This document shows positions 1-16,843 of a DNA stretch of 64,000 nt, one piece after another. A model generated the notes under the pieces. The model saw nothing but the letters and a program-made list of their open reading frames with translations, did not search any database and was not told where the DNA came from. Origin of the DNA: Octopus vulgaris (Eukaryota); assembly GCA_951406725.2 (NCBI GenBank), contig OX597829.1:5890001-5954000 (forward strand), given 5' to 3'. Within the stretch, counting starts at the first letter, position 1; the number at the start of each line of letters is the position of its first letter. The translations under genes and the position numbers were made by a program.

Positions 1-118
1 CGCTTTTCATCCTTTCGGGTTTGATAAAAAAAACAAAAAAAACAATTGGGGACTTGAGTCGATGTAAACAACTCACGCCTTCTCCGAAACTAACGGCGGT
101 GTGTCAAAATTCGAAATC
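1..118 (+). mobile_element. SINE family B 3' part, cut by the window edge
   Basis: CTTTTCATCCTTTCGGG...GTCGATGTAA...CAAAATTCGAAATC. Confidence 0.65.
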
Positions 119-1019
119 AATATATGAACATACGCATTCAGATAAAAATGAATGTGTACGCGTCTAAATAAAATATGAATGAGTCTAATTATATCAAGAG
201 ACAGAAAAAACAGACACACACACAAACACAGACACACTTACATATATACACGCACACATGTGTATGTATGTGTGTACGTTTAAAATATGTATAGGTAGAT
301 TGCATATATATGTGTGTGGATGTATGTGTGTGTAAGTGTATGAATATGAGTATATATATGTGTCTATCTCTATAAATGAATATATGTGTGTGCGTATATA
401 TATATATATACACATATATATAGGGAGAGGGGGAGAGAGAGATAGAGAGAGAAACAGAGAATATATATGTGTGTGTATATATATATATATATATATGAAA
501 AGAAGAGATGAAGCAGAAAAAACAAAGTGGTTTTTTAACACATTTCATTAGCTTACAGCCGTTTCCGTTGTAAGGTGCAGTATACTCTTAGCTGCGTGAC
601 TGAATAACATCCAATAACTTTTTCGAATCCTCAAATAAGAATCAATTTGGGTAAAAAGATTTAAATTTTTGCAATATACAAATAAATCATTAGCGGTGAG
701 AATTTCAACGCTGATGTATAAGAAAAAGTGTGTCTCAGAGTATTATCCTTACATACCCCACTATATTCACCTAGCACTTTGTTCTGAAACATATTGTGTT
801 CTACGGTTATTAGTTTCGCAACGCCTAAGCGAAATATTCATAAATACATCATGCATATATTTATATACATACATATATGTATATATATATATATATATTA
901 ATTATTAAGTTCATAAGTATACGCATATAGTAAATGAATCTATAGATGTGCTTGAATATAATATGATGCAATAAGATCATATAAACATCATACAGGCAAA
1001 TATGCCTACATAGAGGCAT

Positions 1020-1065
<46 letters not shown>

Positions 1066-1173
1066 GTACATATTACATGTATGTATATATGTACATATAT
1101 ATAAATATATATATGTATATATATATACATACATATATATACATATATATATGTACATATATACATGCATGTA

Positions 1174-1239
<66 letters not shown>

Positions 1240-1307
1240 TGTGTGTCTGTGTGTATATATATATATGTTTTTTTATTATATATATATATATATATATACG
1301 CACATAA

Positions 1308-1479
1308 GCATGGCTATGTGATTAGAAGTTCGCCTCACAAACATATGGTACCATGTTGGGCAAGTGCCTTCCACTAAAGCACTCCTACACACATATATGT
1401 ATATATACATGCATATATACACAGTCTTCGATATATACGTACATATATAAATATATACATATATATATATATCTATCTA

Positions 1480-1522
<43 letters not shown>

Positions 1523-1745
1523 GTTTGTACGTGCGTGCGTGTGTAATCTCTGTGATCGTCTTTGTCCCTCGCCAAAGCTTGACAGTGTGTGTGTTACCGT
1601 AACTTTGCTATACGGCGAAAATCCTCTGACAAAGCGTGTACTAGGCTTTAAAACAAAAATAAGTAGTGGAAACAATTTCTTCGACAAAGCACTTGAAGGC
1701 GGCATTTCAGCCTGGCCGCAGCCCAATGGGTGAGACAAATAAAAG
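1308..1745 (+). mobile_element. Diverged SINE family A copy split by microsatellite
   Basis: Head remnant at 1308-1375 (TTGGGCAAGTG) and tail remnant at 1545-1745. Confidence 0.6.
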
Positions 1746-1807
1746 GTAATTGGTAAAAGATACATGCACATTATTATCATTAAAGATTATATAAATTATA
1801 TATACAT

Positions 1808-1827
1808 ATAATAATAATAATAATAAT

Positions 1828-1901
<74 letters not shown>

Positions 1902-1906
1902 TGATA

Positions 1907-1962
<56 letters not shown>

Positions 1963-1990
1963 AATAATAATAATAATAATAATAATGATG

Positions 1991-2054
<64 letters not shown>

Positions 2055-2115
2055 TAATAATAATAACGATAATAACAACGATGATGATGACGATGATGAT
2101 GACAACAACAACGAT
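1808..2115. repeat. Compound (AAT)n/(GAT)n microsatellite
   Basis: Direct reading. Confidence 0.95.
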
Positions 2116-2142
2116 ATTAATATGTACATACAAATATATGTG

Positions 2143-2177
<35 letters not shown>

Positions 2178-2550
2178 GCGAGAAGAAGCAACCAGAATGG
2201 ATAGGTTTTTAGTACAATCGTTTCATATATATATATATATATACATACACATACATTCATAGATGGATACATGCATGTGTACATACATAGATGCATACTT
2301 ACAAACATATATACACATCCATCCATCCATCCATACATACATACATACATGCACACATTCATATACACAAGCATAAAATCATACGTTAGCGTGCACACAC
2401 ATATAAGTGCGTCTGAGTATTTCTGCAGGTAATTAGAGATATATTTTCATATTAATGGAACACATCAACTTAATAAGATTCAATTAATTGGAAATACCAA
2501 ATATCTAATATCCACTGCTGAAATCCTTTCAATTATTCCATTAAATGAAA

Positions 2551-2636
<86 letters not shown>

Positions 2637-3015
2637 GTACATATATATATACGTATATATATATATATACATATATGTACGTGTATATATATATATATAC
2701 ATATATGCATCTATGTATATATATATGTATATATATGTATGTATGTATGTATATATGTATATATATGTATGTATATATACATATACATGTATATATATAT
2801 TTACATATATATACATTTACACATACACATATATATACACACATATCTACATATAAATATATATGTATATTTATCTACATATATGCATATATATATGTAT
2901 ATACAGACACACACGCACACACATATATATGCTTATGTGTGTATGCATATACATATTACCCATACTTGAATTCAGGCACTTCTATATATATGTATATATA
3001 TATATACATTTACAT

Positions 3016-3070
<55 letters not shown>

Positions 3071-3100
3071 GTATATATATATATAATGTATATATATATA

Positions 3101-3173
<73 letters not shown>

Positions 3174-3802
3174 GTGTGTGCATGTATATATACACCTATG
3201 TACGCACGGACGGACACAATCATAACAATACTGACGTTTATACCGCCAAACATACTGCAAGATGTAAAGCACAATTATATTTGCATGAAACGAGTGCACA
3301 CCGATGCCTGATTAAATGGTAACGTGTATATGTCGTCATATTTTGATTAAATTTACTGTGTAAATACATTCATATAAACATACTAACATAGAGTCATACA
3401 CAGAGTAAAAGTGAAAACTAAGTTCAGCTTCGTCGGTTGCAAAGATGAGTACTTTAGTTCTTCAACCAAACATGCTCCTTAGTCTTTAGTTTAACTCGTG
3501 GTCTTGCTGACCATCCCACAAATATTTTTACTTTTAAAGTAATCTTCACCAAGAATCATCGTAATGTAGTACTGGTCATTTGAATTACAGGTCTTGTCTA
3601 TATTTCGCTCAATTTTGCTCACAAAGCATTCGTTTATGTAGGAAACGATGGTACAATATGGCTTCGAACTAGGGATCTCTTGACTGAGTCAGTTTTTCCA
3701 TTTGTGCATCAATGATCAGCGATCAATATACAGAGATACACGAAAGCATATATGTGTATGTGTGTGTGTGTATATATATATATATTATATATATATATTA
3801 TG

Positions 3803-3869
<67 letters not shown>

Positions 3870-4465
3870 AAATATACGTATACGCATTCATACACACACA
3901 TACATACATACTCTCTCACTCACATACGCATACACAGAGGAAGCTACTAGCATATTTTCGTATCTATGAATTTTTGGGACATACCTATGCCTATATTCTG
4001 ACGAAGATGCATTATGTACGCATAGAACTGAGCATAGTTTTTGTTTAACGTGTTCATGATATCTCTAAGTACAGATTTGCGCGCGCGTTCACACACACAC
4101 ACACACACACACATTCAAACTCTCTCACACACACAGGCGCACTCACACACAAACAGACATACACACACACACAGATATTTATGATTATTGACGGTAGCAT
4201 CGGGGTTTTCATGTGCATGGACGTGCGATCTTGAAATATGGAAAGAAACATGGGTGAGGATTTGTGTTTACATGAATATAATTATGAACATGTGTCAATG
4301 CTTGTATACAGCAACATGTTTAAGATACGTAAATCAAAGAGTGCATTATACCATTTATCCATGTGTGAAAAGTCGTGAAAAGAGTATATATAAATGAGTA
4401 TATATGTATACTCATATATACATATATTACACACACATGTATATTCATATAAACGAAACTTATGA

Positions 4466-4529
<64 letters not shown>

Positions 4530-5084
4530 CACACACATGTATATTCATATAAACGAAACTTGAAAAAAGATATTTTCATGACCAATTTTTTATTCGGCAG
4601 AAAATTATGAATGTCAGTAATGGATGGATAATAATAAACTTATATAGTGCTCAGGTGCATAACAACTCTTCAGGAAAAGTAACCAAAACTGCATGAAGAG
4701 TCTAGGAAGTGAACAGTGAATAAGCATTTCAAAAACAGGTTGTGTGTGTGTGTGGTGGGGGCATCAGGTGCATTGTTGGCGAATGTCAAGAAGCACAGGA
4801 ATTCTGAAGGGTCTGGTTTCCCGACATTGCACCATTAGATTTGAAGTCAGTTTTTAAAAAAATCTGCAGACTGGAAAATTTAAAAAATTTCCTACCTGCA
4901 CACACATGAGCGCGAACACACACACATGAGCGCGAACACACACACATATATTATATAATATATACATATATATAATATATGTATATATATAATATATGTA
5001 TATATATATATATGTAGGTCCCGGGTTGATTCGGGGTTAACCACAGTAAGTAAGGTACTCAATACATAGCAGAGTAAAATTAAT

Positions 5085-5183
5085 TTATTATATAGAAGGA
5101 GTTCTACAGGACTAGTACTGTTTCATTCAAGAGAAGATTTCTCTTGAATGAAACAGTACTATCCTGTAGAACTCCTTCTATAT

Positions 5184-5188
<5 letters not shown>
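5085..5188. repeat. Near-perfect palindrome / hairpin
   Basis: Arms 5085-5135 and 5139-5188, 3-nt loop, one bulged base; abuts (TA)n. Confidence 0.93.
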
Positions 5189-5251
<63 letters not shown>

Positions 5252-5257
5252 ATATAT

Positions 5258-5684
<427 letters not shown>

Positions 5685-5918
5685 ATGCATGCCATATATT
5701 ATATAAGAACTGAAAATAATAAACATTCGGGGTAACATGGACATATATTTAGTGTCACCTACTCCGAATCTCTTCTTCGTTGCATATGTTTCACTATACA
5801 TAAATGTGCACATATATATGTTTATTTCTATACATGCCTGCATACATATATATGCATACATACACACATGCATATAGATGAATACACTCATATATAGATA
5901 CACACACACACATATATG

Positions 5919-5972
<54 letters not shown>

Positions 5973-6099
5973 CCGAAATTGCTACGATGATCCGGTTCTT
6001 GACTGAAGATCGAGGGCTTCGAATGTCTCGTCCGTGTTTTTTGTATCGTCTTCTAGTGTTTGCGTTCTTGTCCCAGTTTGTATTTTCTACATATAATAA

Positions 6100-6178
<79 letters not shown>

Positions 6179-6222
6179 TATATATATATGTACATATATA
6201 TGTATATATACATATATATATG

Positions 6223-6448
<226 letters not shown>

Positions 6449-7150
6449 GCGTTCGTGTGTATTTTGAAATTCGAAAGTGATTCCGTATGTCTACATATTC
6501 AAACTTTTTACAGAAATGTGTATAGAATTTTAACGTTTACAGAATTATACAGAAAGACTGTAGTTGCGCAGATAAATTATGGAGAAATAAAGAAGTAGGA
6601 AGATATTAAGATGTCTGGGCGATATGTTTGTTTTTGAATACAGAACACATAACACACAATGAAGTGCACAACTGTTTTTAAAAATTGCTATCCTTGCATT
6701 GAATATTAATATATGTTTAATGTTATTTGGACCCTTTCTTTTTATCCGGTCATCTAGCAAATCCATGATTAACGTCATTCAATACTTGGTTATTATTGGT
6801 AGGGATAAGGACATCATCATCTAATCTCATTTTTTCTTATATAACGAGGAACGGCGTGATGTAATGGAAATTTTCAGCCGTTGTGTCTAGTAGACCGAAC
6901 GACAAAAGAGAGGTACTGGCATTCAATTGAATATTCACACATTTTGCAATATTGCCATTTAAATCATAACATAATTGTCGACAACGAAGACGGGACCAGA
7001 ACGCTTGCTCACACTCTCAGACTTATACTTTTACGCACGTACACATGTTATATATGGTTTGTGCCTGATGCATGAATGTATTTATGCATATATATGTATA
7101 TATACCTATATGTGTATACATGTATATATATATATATATATATGCATATA

Positions 7151-7219
<69 letters not shown>

Positions 7220-8397
7220 AAATACATATATATATACATATATATATATATATGTATGTATATACTCCTACGTCTCCTGCAGGGTTTGCGACTAAATGTG
7301 TAATATGATTATTTTATAAAAATTTATACACGTTAAGTAAAATAATATTAATAGCTTCATGTTCTGGCAGAAATCGGTATAACTTCCTCTATCCATAAAT
7401 ACATACATGCACATGTATGTACGTGTGTACACATACGCATATATACATATATGTTATATTTAAGTGACAACATATATATTCGGCTCGGCTATTGGGTTTT
7501 CGTAGTCATGTAATTATCAAAATACAATACCATATTTTGATCCCGGTATCTTCTTGAGGAAATTGCTAAACGCAGTATAAATTTATATTATGTATAAATT
7601 AATATCATAATTCAAGGTTGGTGATGGAGATGACGACGAGAAAGTGACTTTGGTCGTTCATCAGGTTTCTCGGTGTTTCCGCCAGTTCAGTTCTGTATCA
7701 GAAAATATATATATCTGATGTATATGTGTTCCATTTCGTTGAGGGTGAAATAAATACAATAAGAACATTCTATAACTCAATATAAATGCATGCTATTTAA
7801 ATTTAAATAATATGTGTATAAAAGCGAAACGGAATGTATAAAGTAGAAAGTGTAAATAAGACGTCGAAATAATCGGGTATTGAAATATTTTCCTTGTATT
7901 TTAAGAATAATTCTAGAAGAATTCATAGGTCTTCCCACAGGTTAAAACTAAAGTAGTTGATACATTTACCGAACATTGTCCACACTCAAAACCTGTTCAT
8001 AATCGTTACCAGTTATTATGCATCCATTTTCATGGTTATTATATCATAATTATTAAAATAACATTTCAACCGGAATTCAAATGCTGATATTTTGATATAG
8101 AATCATAAAATATACTGCATAAAATAAGGTTCATAATGTGATATGCATTAAATTAGTCAGGAAGATCGCATATAATAATATAGATTGTTTGCTTCATTTA
8201 CACAAACAAAATATAAGGAGTTAGAGTAGATGAGTCTATGCGCTACAGTTTTCACTCAAATAATACACATGACAAAGATAAATACACTGATTTATCTAAT
8301 AAGTTCTACATATCCCCTACGTAACACTTAGCGCGCATGTACACAGACAGACATAACAAACACACACAACAGATATGCGTATTTATCTATATATATA

Positions 8398-8494
<97 letters not shown>

Positions 8495-8584
8495 TATATA
8501 TATTCGTGTGCATATATTTATATATATGTGTGTGTGTGTGCATATAAATATGTGTGTATGTATGGATGTATATATATATATAAA

Positions 8585-8785
8585 TGGGTTTAAGGGTATC
8601 GCGACAGACGATCTTGGAGGTTCAACTATTCAACTTCACTCTAACAGGGTATCGAAAGCTGAAGAAAAACACACGTTTGAATTAGGATGTGAATCGGAAA
8701 GGGGAATGTTTTTCTTAAAAAATCATAATTGACCTTCATATGTTTTATTTTATCCAAACCCAGCAACGTTTCGGCACCCTCGTGT
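8585..8785 (+). mobile_element. Non-autonomous mariner/MITE remnant (right end)
   Basis: Similar to 13255-13385; ends in a TIR-like CCAGCAACGTTTCGGCACCCTCG, complementary to the 13255 left end. Confidence 0.5.
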
Positions 8786-9094
8786 GTGTGTGTGTGTGTG
8801 TGTGTCAATGTATGTGTATTTGTCTTTTTCGCTCGAAAAATGTTCGTTTTCTATGTTTTTCTTATTATTATGTTCTCGTTTCTCATTTTATTTACGATTT
8901 TTTTCATGTCCTCTGCCCATATATGCATGTATATATACATATATATCTAAGTATGTACATATATGTATGCATATATTTATGCTATTTATATGATATATGT
9001 GGTGTTTTTTTGTAGCTTTAATAATAAAGGATGTCAATATACCTTCGAGTACTATTTAACCCAACATGTTTCACATTCCTGTGCATATTCTGTA

Positions 9095-9146
<52 letters not shown>

Positions 9147-9312
9147 GTATGTGTGTGTGTATGTGCGTGAGTGTGTGCCTGTATATATATATGTATATAT
9201 ACATATATATATAATTTTAAAATTTCCTTGAACATGTAACTTAATCTGCTATGCAAATGAATCAACCATGTATCCAAAACTCTGCATTATCTTGCATTAT
9301 TAATGTTACCTA

Positions 9313-9418
<106 letters not shown>

Positions 9419-9788
9419 GTAATATATATGTGTGTGTGTATGTGTATATATATATATATATGTGTGTGTATTTATATAAATGTATATATATATATATAAT
9501 ATGTATATAGCTAATTACGAAGTTCGGTCTAATATTGTTATACTGAATTTTACATGTAGAGTTGTAATAATAATTTATTCCCTAGTATTATTATTATAAT
9601 ACTTGTATATATATATGTATACATATATATATATATATGCATATAAAATATGAATATCTATATCTGTTTATCTCTATCAATACATACAGACATGTATGTA
9701 TACATGAACGAATATAAGGATGAAAATATTCGGTTCAAAGATCCAAAGTTGCCCCTGTGACACGAACCCACTTTAGGTATACATACAT

Positions 9789-9847
<59 letters not shown>

Positions 9848-9851
9848 TGTA

Positions 9852-9926
<75 letters not shown>

Positions 9927-10353
9927 GAATATATATAGATAGATAAATAGACAGCTATGTATACATATGTATATATATAATTGTTAAAGAGGACAACAAA
10001 CATTAAGGCAAGGCAAACATCTCAAGTCGTATACAATATTACCATTGGAAAATATCCAAGATCTTACAGCTGTTTCTTATATGAATATATATATATATGT
10101 ATATTATATATATACATATATATCTTTATATACATTATAATACTTGATATATATATTATACACAGACACACATACACACACACACATATATATATATACA
10201 TACATACATACATATATGTATATATGTACATTTAAGACACGCAAATGTTTATGGATATTTTCTATATATGATACATTTGTGTGTATGTGTGTGTGTGCGC
10301 GCGCGTGTATAATTACGTTCGGATATCTATGTATCGATATATCTCACTTTCGC

Positions 10354-10425
<72 letters not shown>

Positions 10426-10454
10426 TATATTTATATATGTACATACATAGATAC

Positions 10455-10506
<52 letters not shown>

Positions 10507-10671
10507 GCTATATATTTACATATATCCATATATATCTACATATATAACGATACACATACATATATGATTATTTATATATAATATAAATAATTGCATGTAA
10601 AAGAACAGGGAACCGTATCTCTTGTAAACATACCAATCTCTGTGTAATCGTACAGACGCTCATACACACAT

Positions 10672-10721
<50 letters not shown>

Positions 10722-10923
10722 TTAAACGTAATAGTCTTTCCTTAAACTACTTCATTGGAAACATGCGTAATACTCGATGTAAACATAGAATCATGTTTGG
10801 AAATTTCTGGTGATTAAAAATAATAAAAATTAACCGCATTTAGCTGACCTTCTCGGTTTCGTCAATCTCACTCATTTTCACTCTATCCTTTCGCGTCTAT
10901 GCATACATACATACATACATACA

Positions 10924-10955
<32 letters not shown>

Positions 10956-10959
10956 AACA

Positions 10960-10998
<39 letters not shown>

Positions 10999-11047
10999 GT
11001 AGATATAGACATATAAATATGAACCTACATACATTATTTATAAATGC

Positions 11048-11101
<54 letters not shown>

Positions 11102-11806
11102 AACGTTCGAAACGCGGAGTGGATAAAACAGGGGACAACTGATGAAGGCAATATTCTTTACGTTGCCTGCCTCGTTTCTCATTTTCTTGACGTTTTTTTA
11201 TGTCCTTTACCCATACATGCATGTATATATACATGTATATATACATATATGCATGTATATTTATGTATGTTTATTTATATACATAGAAATGTATAGCAGT
11301 ATGTCCACTAATGTGTTCGTGCGCGCGCGTTTATATATATATATATATATGCATATATATATATAATATATATATGCATATATATATATATATATATATA
11401 CATATATATATGCATATATATCTAGCCATCCATCCATATATATGTATATGCACATATATATATATATATATTATATATGATACATATATATAAGCACATT
11501 GTCCTGGGTTCTGGAATCTGGAGCATCGGTAGAAAAACAACGCCTCTTTATCCGGGAAGTTCCAAGACATTTTCAAGTAAATCATTACCGACATCCGACT
11601 CTGCACGTCAATAGAGTATATTTTGGGTTATTCTTTACATTTATTAAGATCTGCAAAATATATAACCGGAAAATAAACTATATATCATTTATATACCTCT
11701 ATACATATGCATGCCCAAACATGTGCGCGTGTTTACCTACGTATATGAAAATATGTTTTATGTTAGTGTATATATACATATAAATATATACATACACACC
11801 CACACC

Positions 11807-11855
<49 letters not shown>

Positions 11856-12377
11856 CCTTGATGTAATTGCAATTTCTAAATCTTCATAAATATGTGTGCA
11901 TGTATATATATTCGCATGTATAACTATTTGCTCGTTCAATTATAAATTTATTACGTATATTATTTATATATTCTGCTGTCTATGCATATATCTATATATA
12001 TCCTATATAATTATATCATAATATGAGTACACACATACATACAAACATACATATATACATACATACATACATACATACATTTATATGTGTGTGTGTACTG
12101 TTTTATATTATTTATACCATTCTCTATGTTGCTAAATTTTAGATTGAACTAAATAAATGAAATTATAAAATTATGGTATAGCTAAAATGTCTATACTCAC
12201 ATTAGTAGTAATATATGTTTATTTGTGTGTTGCTCTTTGTGTGTACCGGTATATTCGCGTTCGCGCGCCCCCACTTAACTTGAATGCACTAACTTTTACA
12301 CACGCATGCATTCTATTTCCCCACTTATGTGAATGTCTGCATCTCAATAGGTACAATATTGTATTACCTACAATATT

Positions 12378-12440
<63 letters not shown>

Positions 12441-12448
12441 TATTTGTT

Positions 12449-12612
12449 AGGCGCAGGAGTTTTGCGCGGTAAGTTGCATGCTTACAAACCACATTGCTCC
12501 AGGTTCAGTCTCACTACATGGAACCTTGGGCAAGTGCTTTCAACTATATCCTCGGGCCGACCAGAGCCTTGTGAGTGGATTTGCTAGACGGAAACCGAAA
12601 GAAGTCCGTCGT
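12449..12612 (+). mobile_element. SINE family A 5' half
   Basis: GGCGCAGGAG...CCTTGGGCAAGTG...GACGGAAACCGAAAGAAGTCCGTCG. Confidence 0.85.
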
Positions 12613-12629
12613 ATATACATATATGTGCA

Positions 12630-12673
<44 letters not shown>

Positions 12674-13254
12674 CATATATATACATACATATATATACAT
12701 ATGTCCTATGCACATATATATATATGTTTTTATATGTTTGTTTGTATATATAAATTATATATAAATACATATGTATGTGTATATGTATTTATATGTATAT
12801 TTGTATATATGTGTGAGTGTATATATGGATATGCATTTGTGTGTGCGTTCGTGTATGTAGGTATTCACACGTGCAAATGCAATTATATATATGCTCATAT
12901 GCATCTATATCGTATAACATGTGTCACAATCTTGTGTTTATATTCTTGAAAATTCCATATAAGCTAAATTCGTTGCTGATTATATATATTGAAAGGGAAA
13001 ATAGAAGTAGGCAATTTAAAGCTAATTATTGTATATATTTTGTAAATGTACGTAGTGCAATTTCACGTCATCGCCTGTTATAACAGCAGGGCTTACTAAT
13101 CTTGCATAAAGCAAAAGTTATTTAGTTCATTGAGCCATATGAAATTTTCTGCGTATATCTTTGAATATTTCAGACATTGCACTTCTGTCCTGGTATGGCT
13201 CCGGAAACGCCATTTTGTCTAAAGTACCCTTCTAATAGGTATGCAAATATCAAG

Positions 13255-13385
13255 CGAGAGGGTGCTAAAAATTTCCTGACTTTAAGGTTATCGCGAAAGG
13301 CATGGCTGGAGACCGAAATTGCTGCGTTGTTTTAAATGTGCTAGAAAACTGAAAGACCGCTGCAATAAGTGTGTGAACCGGAGCC
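13255..13385 (+). mobile_element. Non-autonomous mariner/MITE remnant (left end)
   Basis: TIR-like CGAGAGGGTGCTAAAAATTTCCTG followed by KLKDRCNKCVN, which resembles a mariner transposase C-terminus. Confidence 0.5.
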
Positions 13386-13442
13386 TATCTATCAATCAAT
13401 CAATCTATCTATCTATCAATCAATCTATCTATCTATCAATCA

Positions 13443-13525
<83 letters not shown>

Positions 13526-14422
13526 GGTATGTCTATATATCTTTATCCATACACACGCAAATATATTCACCGACACACACATTTTTGTGTTTGTGTGTGT
13601 GCTTAATCATATCCATATCTAAATGTGTAGAATTGAATATGTGCATATATGCCTGTGATTCTGTGTGGGTATGTAACACGTTCAGCTGATCCTTTGGTGC
13701 GATCCGATACACACAAGGACCAGGTGGTAGTGTTAATCCGACATATGAATTAAGTCTATATACGTGTTTATAATTTCGCCGAGACTGCTACTTGGAGTTT
13801 TGTGCTATTTAGATATGTTATTTCCATTTTCTGTACCGATATACACTTTTGGTATGAGTGTAAGCAAATGTTTAAGAAAATACATATAGGTGGAAACACG
13901 CCTGCATATAATTAAATACACTATTATGTAACACACACACACACACACACACACATTCTGTATGGGTGTATTTGTGTGTTTGAATATATGTAGATTGATA
14001 GAGCGATGCATTCTTTGTATCAATGTTTATGTTACTCAATTATCCATTAAATATTGTTTCGGACATGCTTCAATCTCCGTATTCGCAAAAATGAGTGTGA
14101 CAAAGTAAATATAATACATAAAAATGAAGTGCAGCTGATTTGTAGGACAGAAGACTATTTAAGGCGGAGCCACATTCTAACCGTGGTTCAATAGTTGAAC
14201 AGGCTAAACTGTAACAGCATGGTGCATATAAGATTCCATAGGCATATACGGAATCCGGAAACTCAAAATTTTTGGCAATATAGAGCCTTTTAATTATAAT
14301 GTATTAAAAATTACCATATATTTACATACGGCATTATCTAATTCTCGCATCTTGATAAATCAGCAGAAATGTGTATGTGTGAATGAGTGAGTCAGGATAT
14401 ATATATACATACATACATACAT

Positions 14423-14483
<61 letters not shown>

Positions 14484-15146
14484 CATATATATATGTATAC
14501 ATATGTATATATATACATACATAAATGCACACACATGTACATAATGTACTTTATAGGTGTGTATATGAATTCATAGATACATACAGACATACATACACTC
14601 ACACACAATATCTATATATATATGTATATATATATACATATATACATATATATATATATACATATACATATATACATATACATACACATACATACATATA
14701 CACGGATTTCATATGCAAATATCTGTGGATGTGGCTATATGCGTATGTGTATAAATTTCTATAAGTAAACATTACATTAGAATATGCATTTGTAAATTAT
14801 ATATTTCTATATACATCTGTGCTTATTTCTTGAAGGCACGTCCCTTATTAGTGTCGATGTTGCATTCCTGATTGTAAGATTATGATTTCGATCCTTCGAT
14901 CACCCGACGTCCTCTGTGCTTTTTAGCAAAATATATCATTTCACGTTCTAAAATGAATATTCATGTGACGGACCGACTTCCCACCCAGATAGGGAATATA
15001 TATGCCATAAGGATCCGGGAAAACGACCTCATGAGTCTATGGATCTAGAAAGACCGATATCTATATTTTTATTTTTGATTTTATTTTTTTAAGTTTCTCA
15101 TAAATACGCACCAAAATATTGTACATACTCAGACCGCTCGTGTGCC

Positions 15147-15205
<59 letters not shown>

Positions 15206-15209
<4 letters not shown>

Positions 15210-15449
15210 TTAATAAATAGGGTTCAGCAAAGATTTGCTTTACCACATACCGAAATTTAGAAATAGCAGCCAAAAGACGTTAGCTATTTCTTCTACTTTA
15301 AAAAGGGACTCCCAGAAAGTTTTCAAGTATTTTGGTTTTCTGGGAGTCCCTTTTTACAGTAGAAGAAATAGCTAACGTTATTTGCCTGCTATTTCTAAAT
15401 TTCGGTATGTGGTAAAGCAAATCTTTGCTGAACCCTATTTATTAAGTAT
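15206..15449. repeat. Long inverted repeat / hairpin
   Basis: Arms 15206-15318 and 15337-15449 (113 bp, about 4 mismatches) with an 18-nt spacer; abuts (TA)n. Confidence 0.93.
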
Positions 15450-15539
15450 TACTTAAGTTTACCATGAAATGGTCCTTTTTTCATGCCGAATTCTGCTTGG
15501 TGAAATTATTGATTAATTCTTAATTAATTAATTTTACCC

Positions 15540-15574
<35 letters not shown>

Positions 15575-15580
15575 TATCAT

Positions 15581-15619
<39 letters not shown>

Positions 15620-15633
15620 AATATATATATATA

Positions 15634-15981
15634 TTACTCTTTTACTCTTTTACTTGTTTCAGTCATTTGACTGCGGCCATGCTGGAGCACCGCCTTTAGT
15701 CGAGCAAATCGACCCCGGAACTTATTCTTTGTAAGCCCAGTACTTATTCTATCGGTCTCTTTTGCCGAACCGCTAAGTGACGGGGACGTAAACACACCAG
15801 CATCGGTTGTCAAGCTATGCTAGGGGGACAAACATAGACACACAAACACACACACAAACACATATATACATATATATACATATATACGACAGGCTTCTTT
15901 CAGTTTCCGTCTTCCAAATCCACTCACAAGGCATTGGTCGGCCCGGGGCTATAGTAGAATACACTTGCCCAAGATGCCACA
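15634..15981 (-). mobile_element. SINE family A copy (5'-truncated)
   Basis: Reverse complement of the family A body and tail. Confidence 0.88.
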
Positions 15982-16019
15982 TGTGTATATGTTGTATTAC
16001 TGGTCACAGGTTTAGACAG

Positions 16020-16400
16020 AGTCGTGGCTCTGTGGTACGAGGCTTGTTTCCCAGTAACATGGTTCCGGGTCGAGTTCTACTGCGTGGCACCTAGGACAGT
16101 AGTTGTATACCATAGACTCGGGCTAACCGAAGTCTTGTGAGTGGATCTGCAAGAATCCCGTCGTCTCTATATGCATGTATTTATGGGTGTTTTTGCATTT
16201 ATGTTTGTCCCCGCACCTCATCGTGTGAGAACCAATGTTGGTGTGTTTGGGCCTCAGTAAATTGCAGGTTCGACAGAAGAGACCGATAGAATATGTACCA
16301 AGGCTTTCTAAGAATAATTCAGAGGTGGACTTCTTGGACTAAATTTTGGTGGTCCAGCATGGTGCCAATCAAATAACTGAAACAAGAAAAGGAATTAAAG
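16020..16400 (+). mobile_element. SINE family A, older diverged copy
   Basis: Diverged match across head, body and tail. Confidence 0.75.
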
Positions 16401-16634
16401 AACATGCATAGAAATATGCAATGATATAAATATAAACATACATATTCATGTAGACTTGTACCCTCTCACACATACACGCACACAAATACATACACACATA
16501 CACATATGCGTATATGTATGGTTATATATAGATATAATGAAGAGATGACACATGGAAAATTAAAGGTTATCAGATTAGTATCGCAATAATGTTTATATAT
16601 GTGTGGGGGTGGGGGGTGTATGCATATATTCTGT

Positions 16635-16801
16635 TATTCTTTTACTTGTTTCAGTCATTTAAAAGCAACTATGTTGGTGCATCGCCTTTAGTCGAACAAA
16701 TCGAACCCAGAACCTATCAGTGTCTTTTACCGAACCACTAGGTTCCGGGGACACACATCGTTTATGAAGCGATGCTGCGGGGTACAAACACAGACTCAAA
16801 A

Positions 16802-16843
<42 letters not shown>

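Noticed and set aside
3998-4040. CTGACGA-AG-ATGC...GCAT-AGAA hammerhead-like string
   Set aside because: GAAA box and cleavage site are not intact.
11139-11180. CTGATGA followed by a stem (AGGCAA/TTGCCT) as a hammerhead
   Set aside because: No GAAA after the stem and no stem I partner; at best a decayed remnant.
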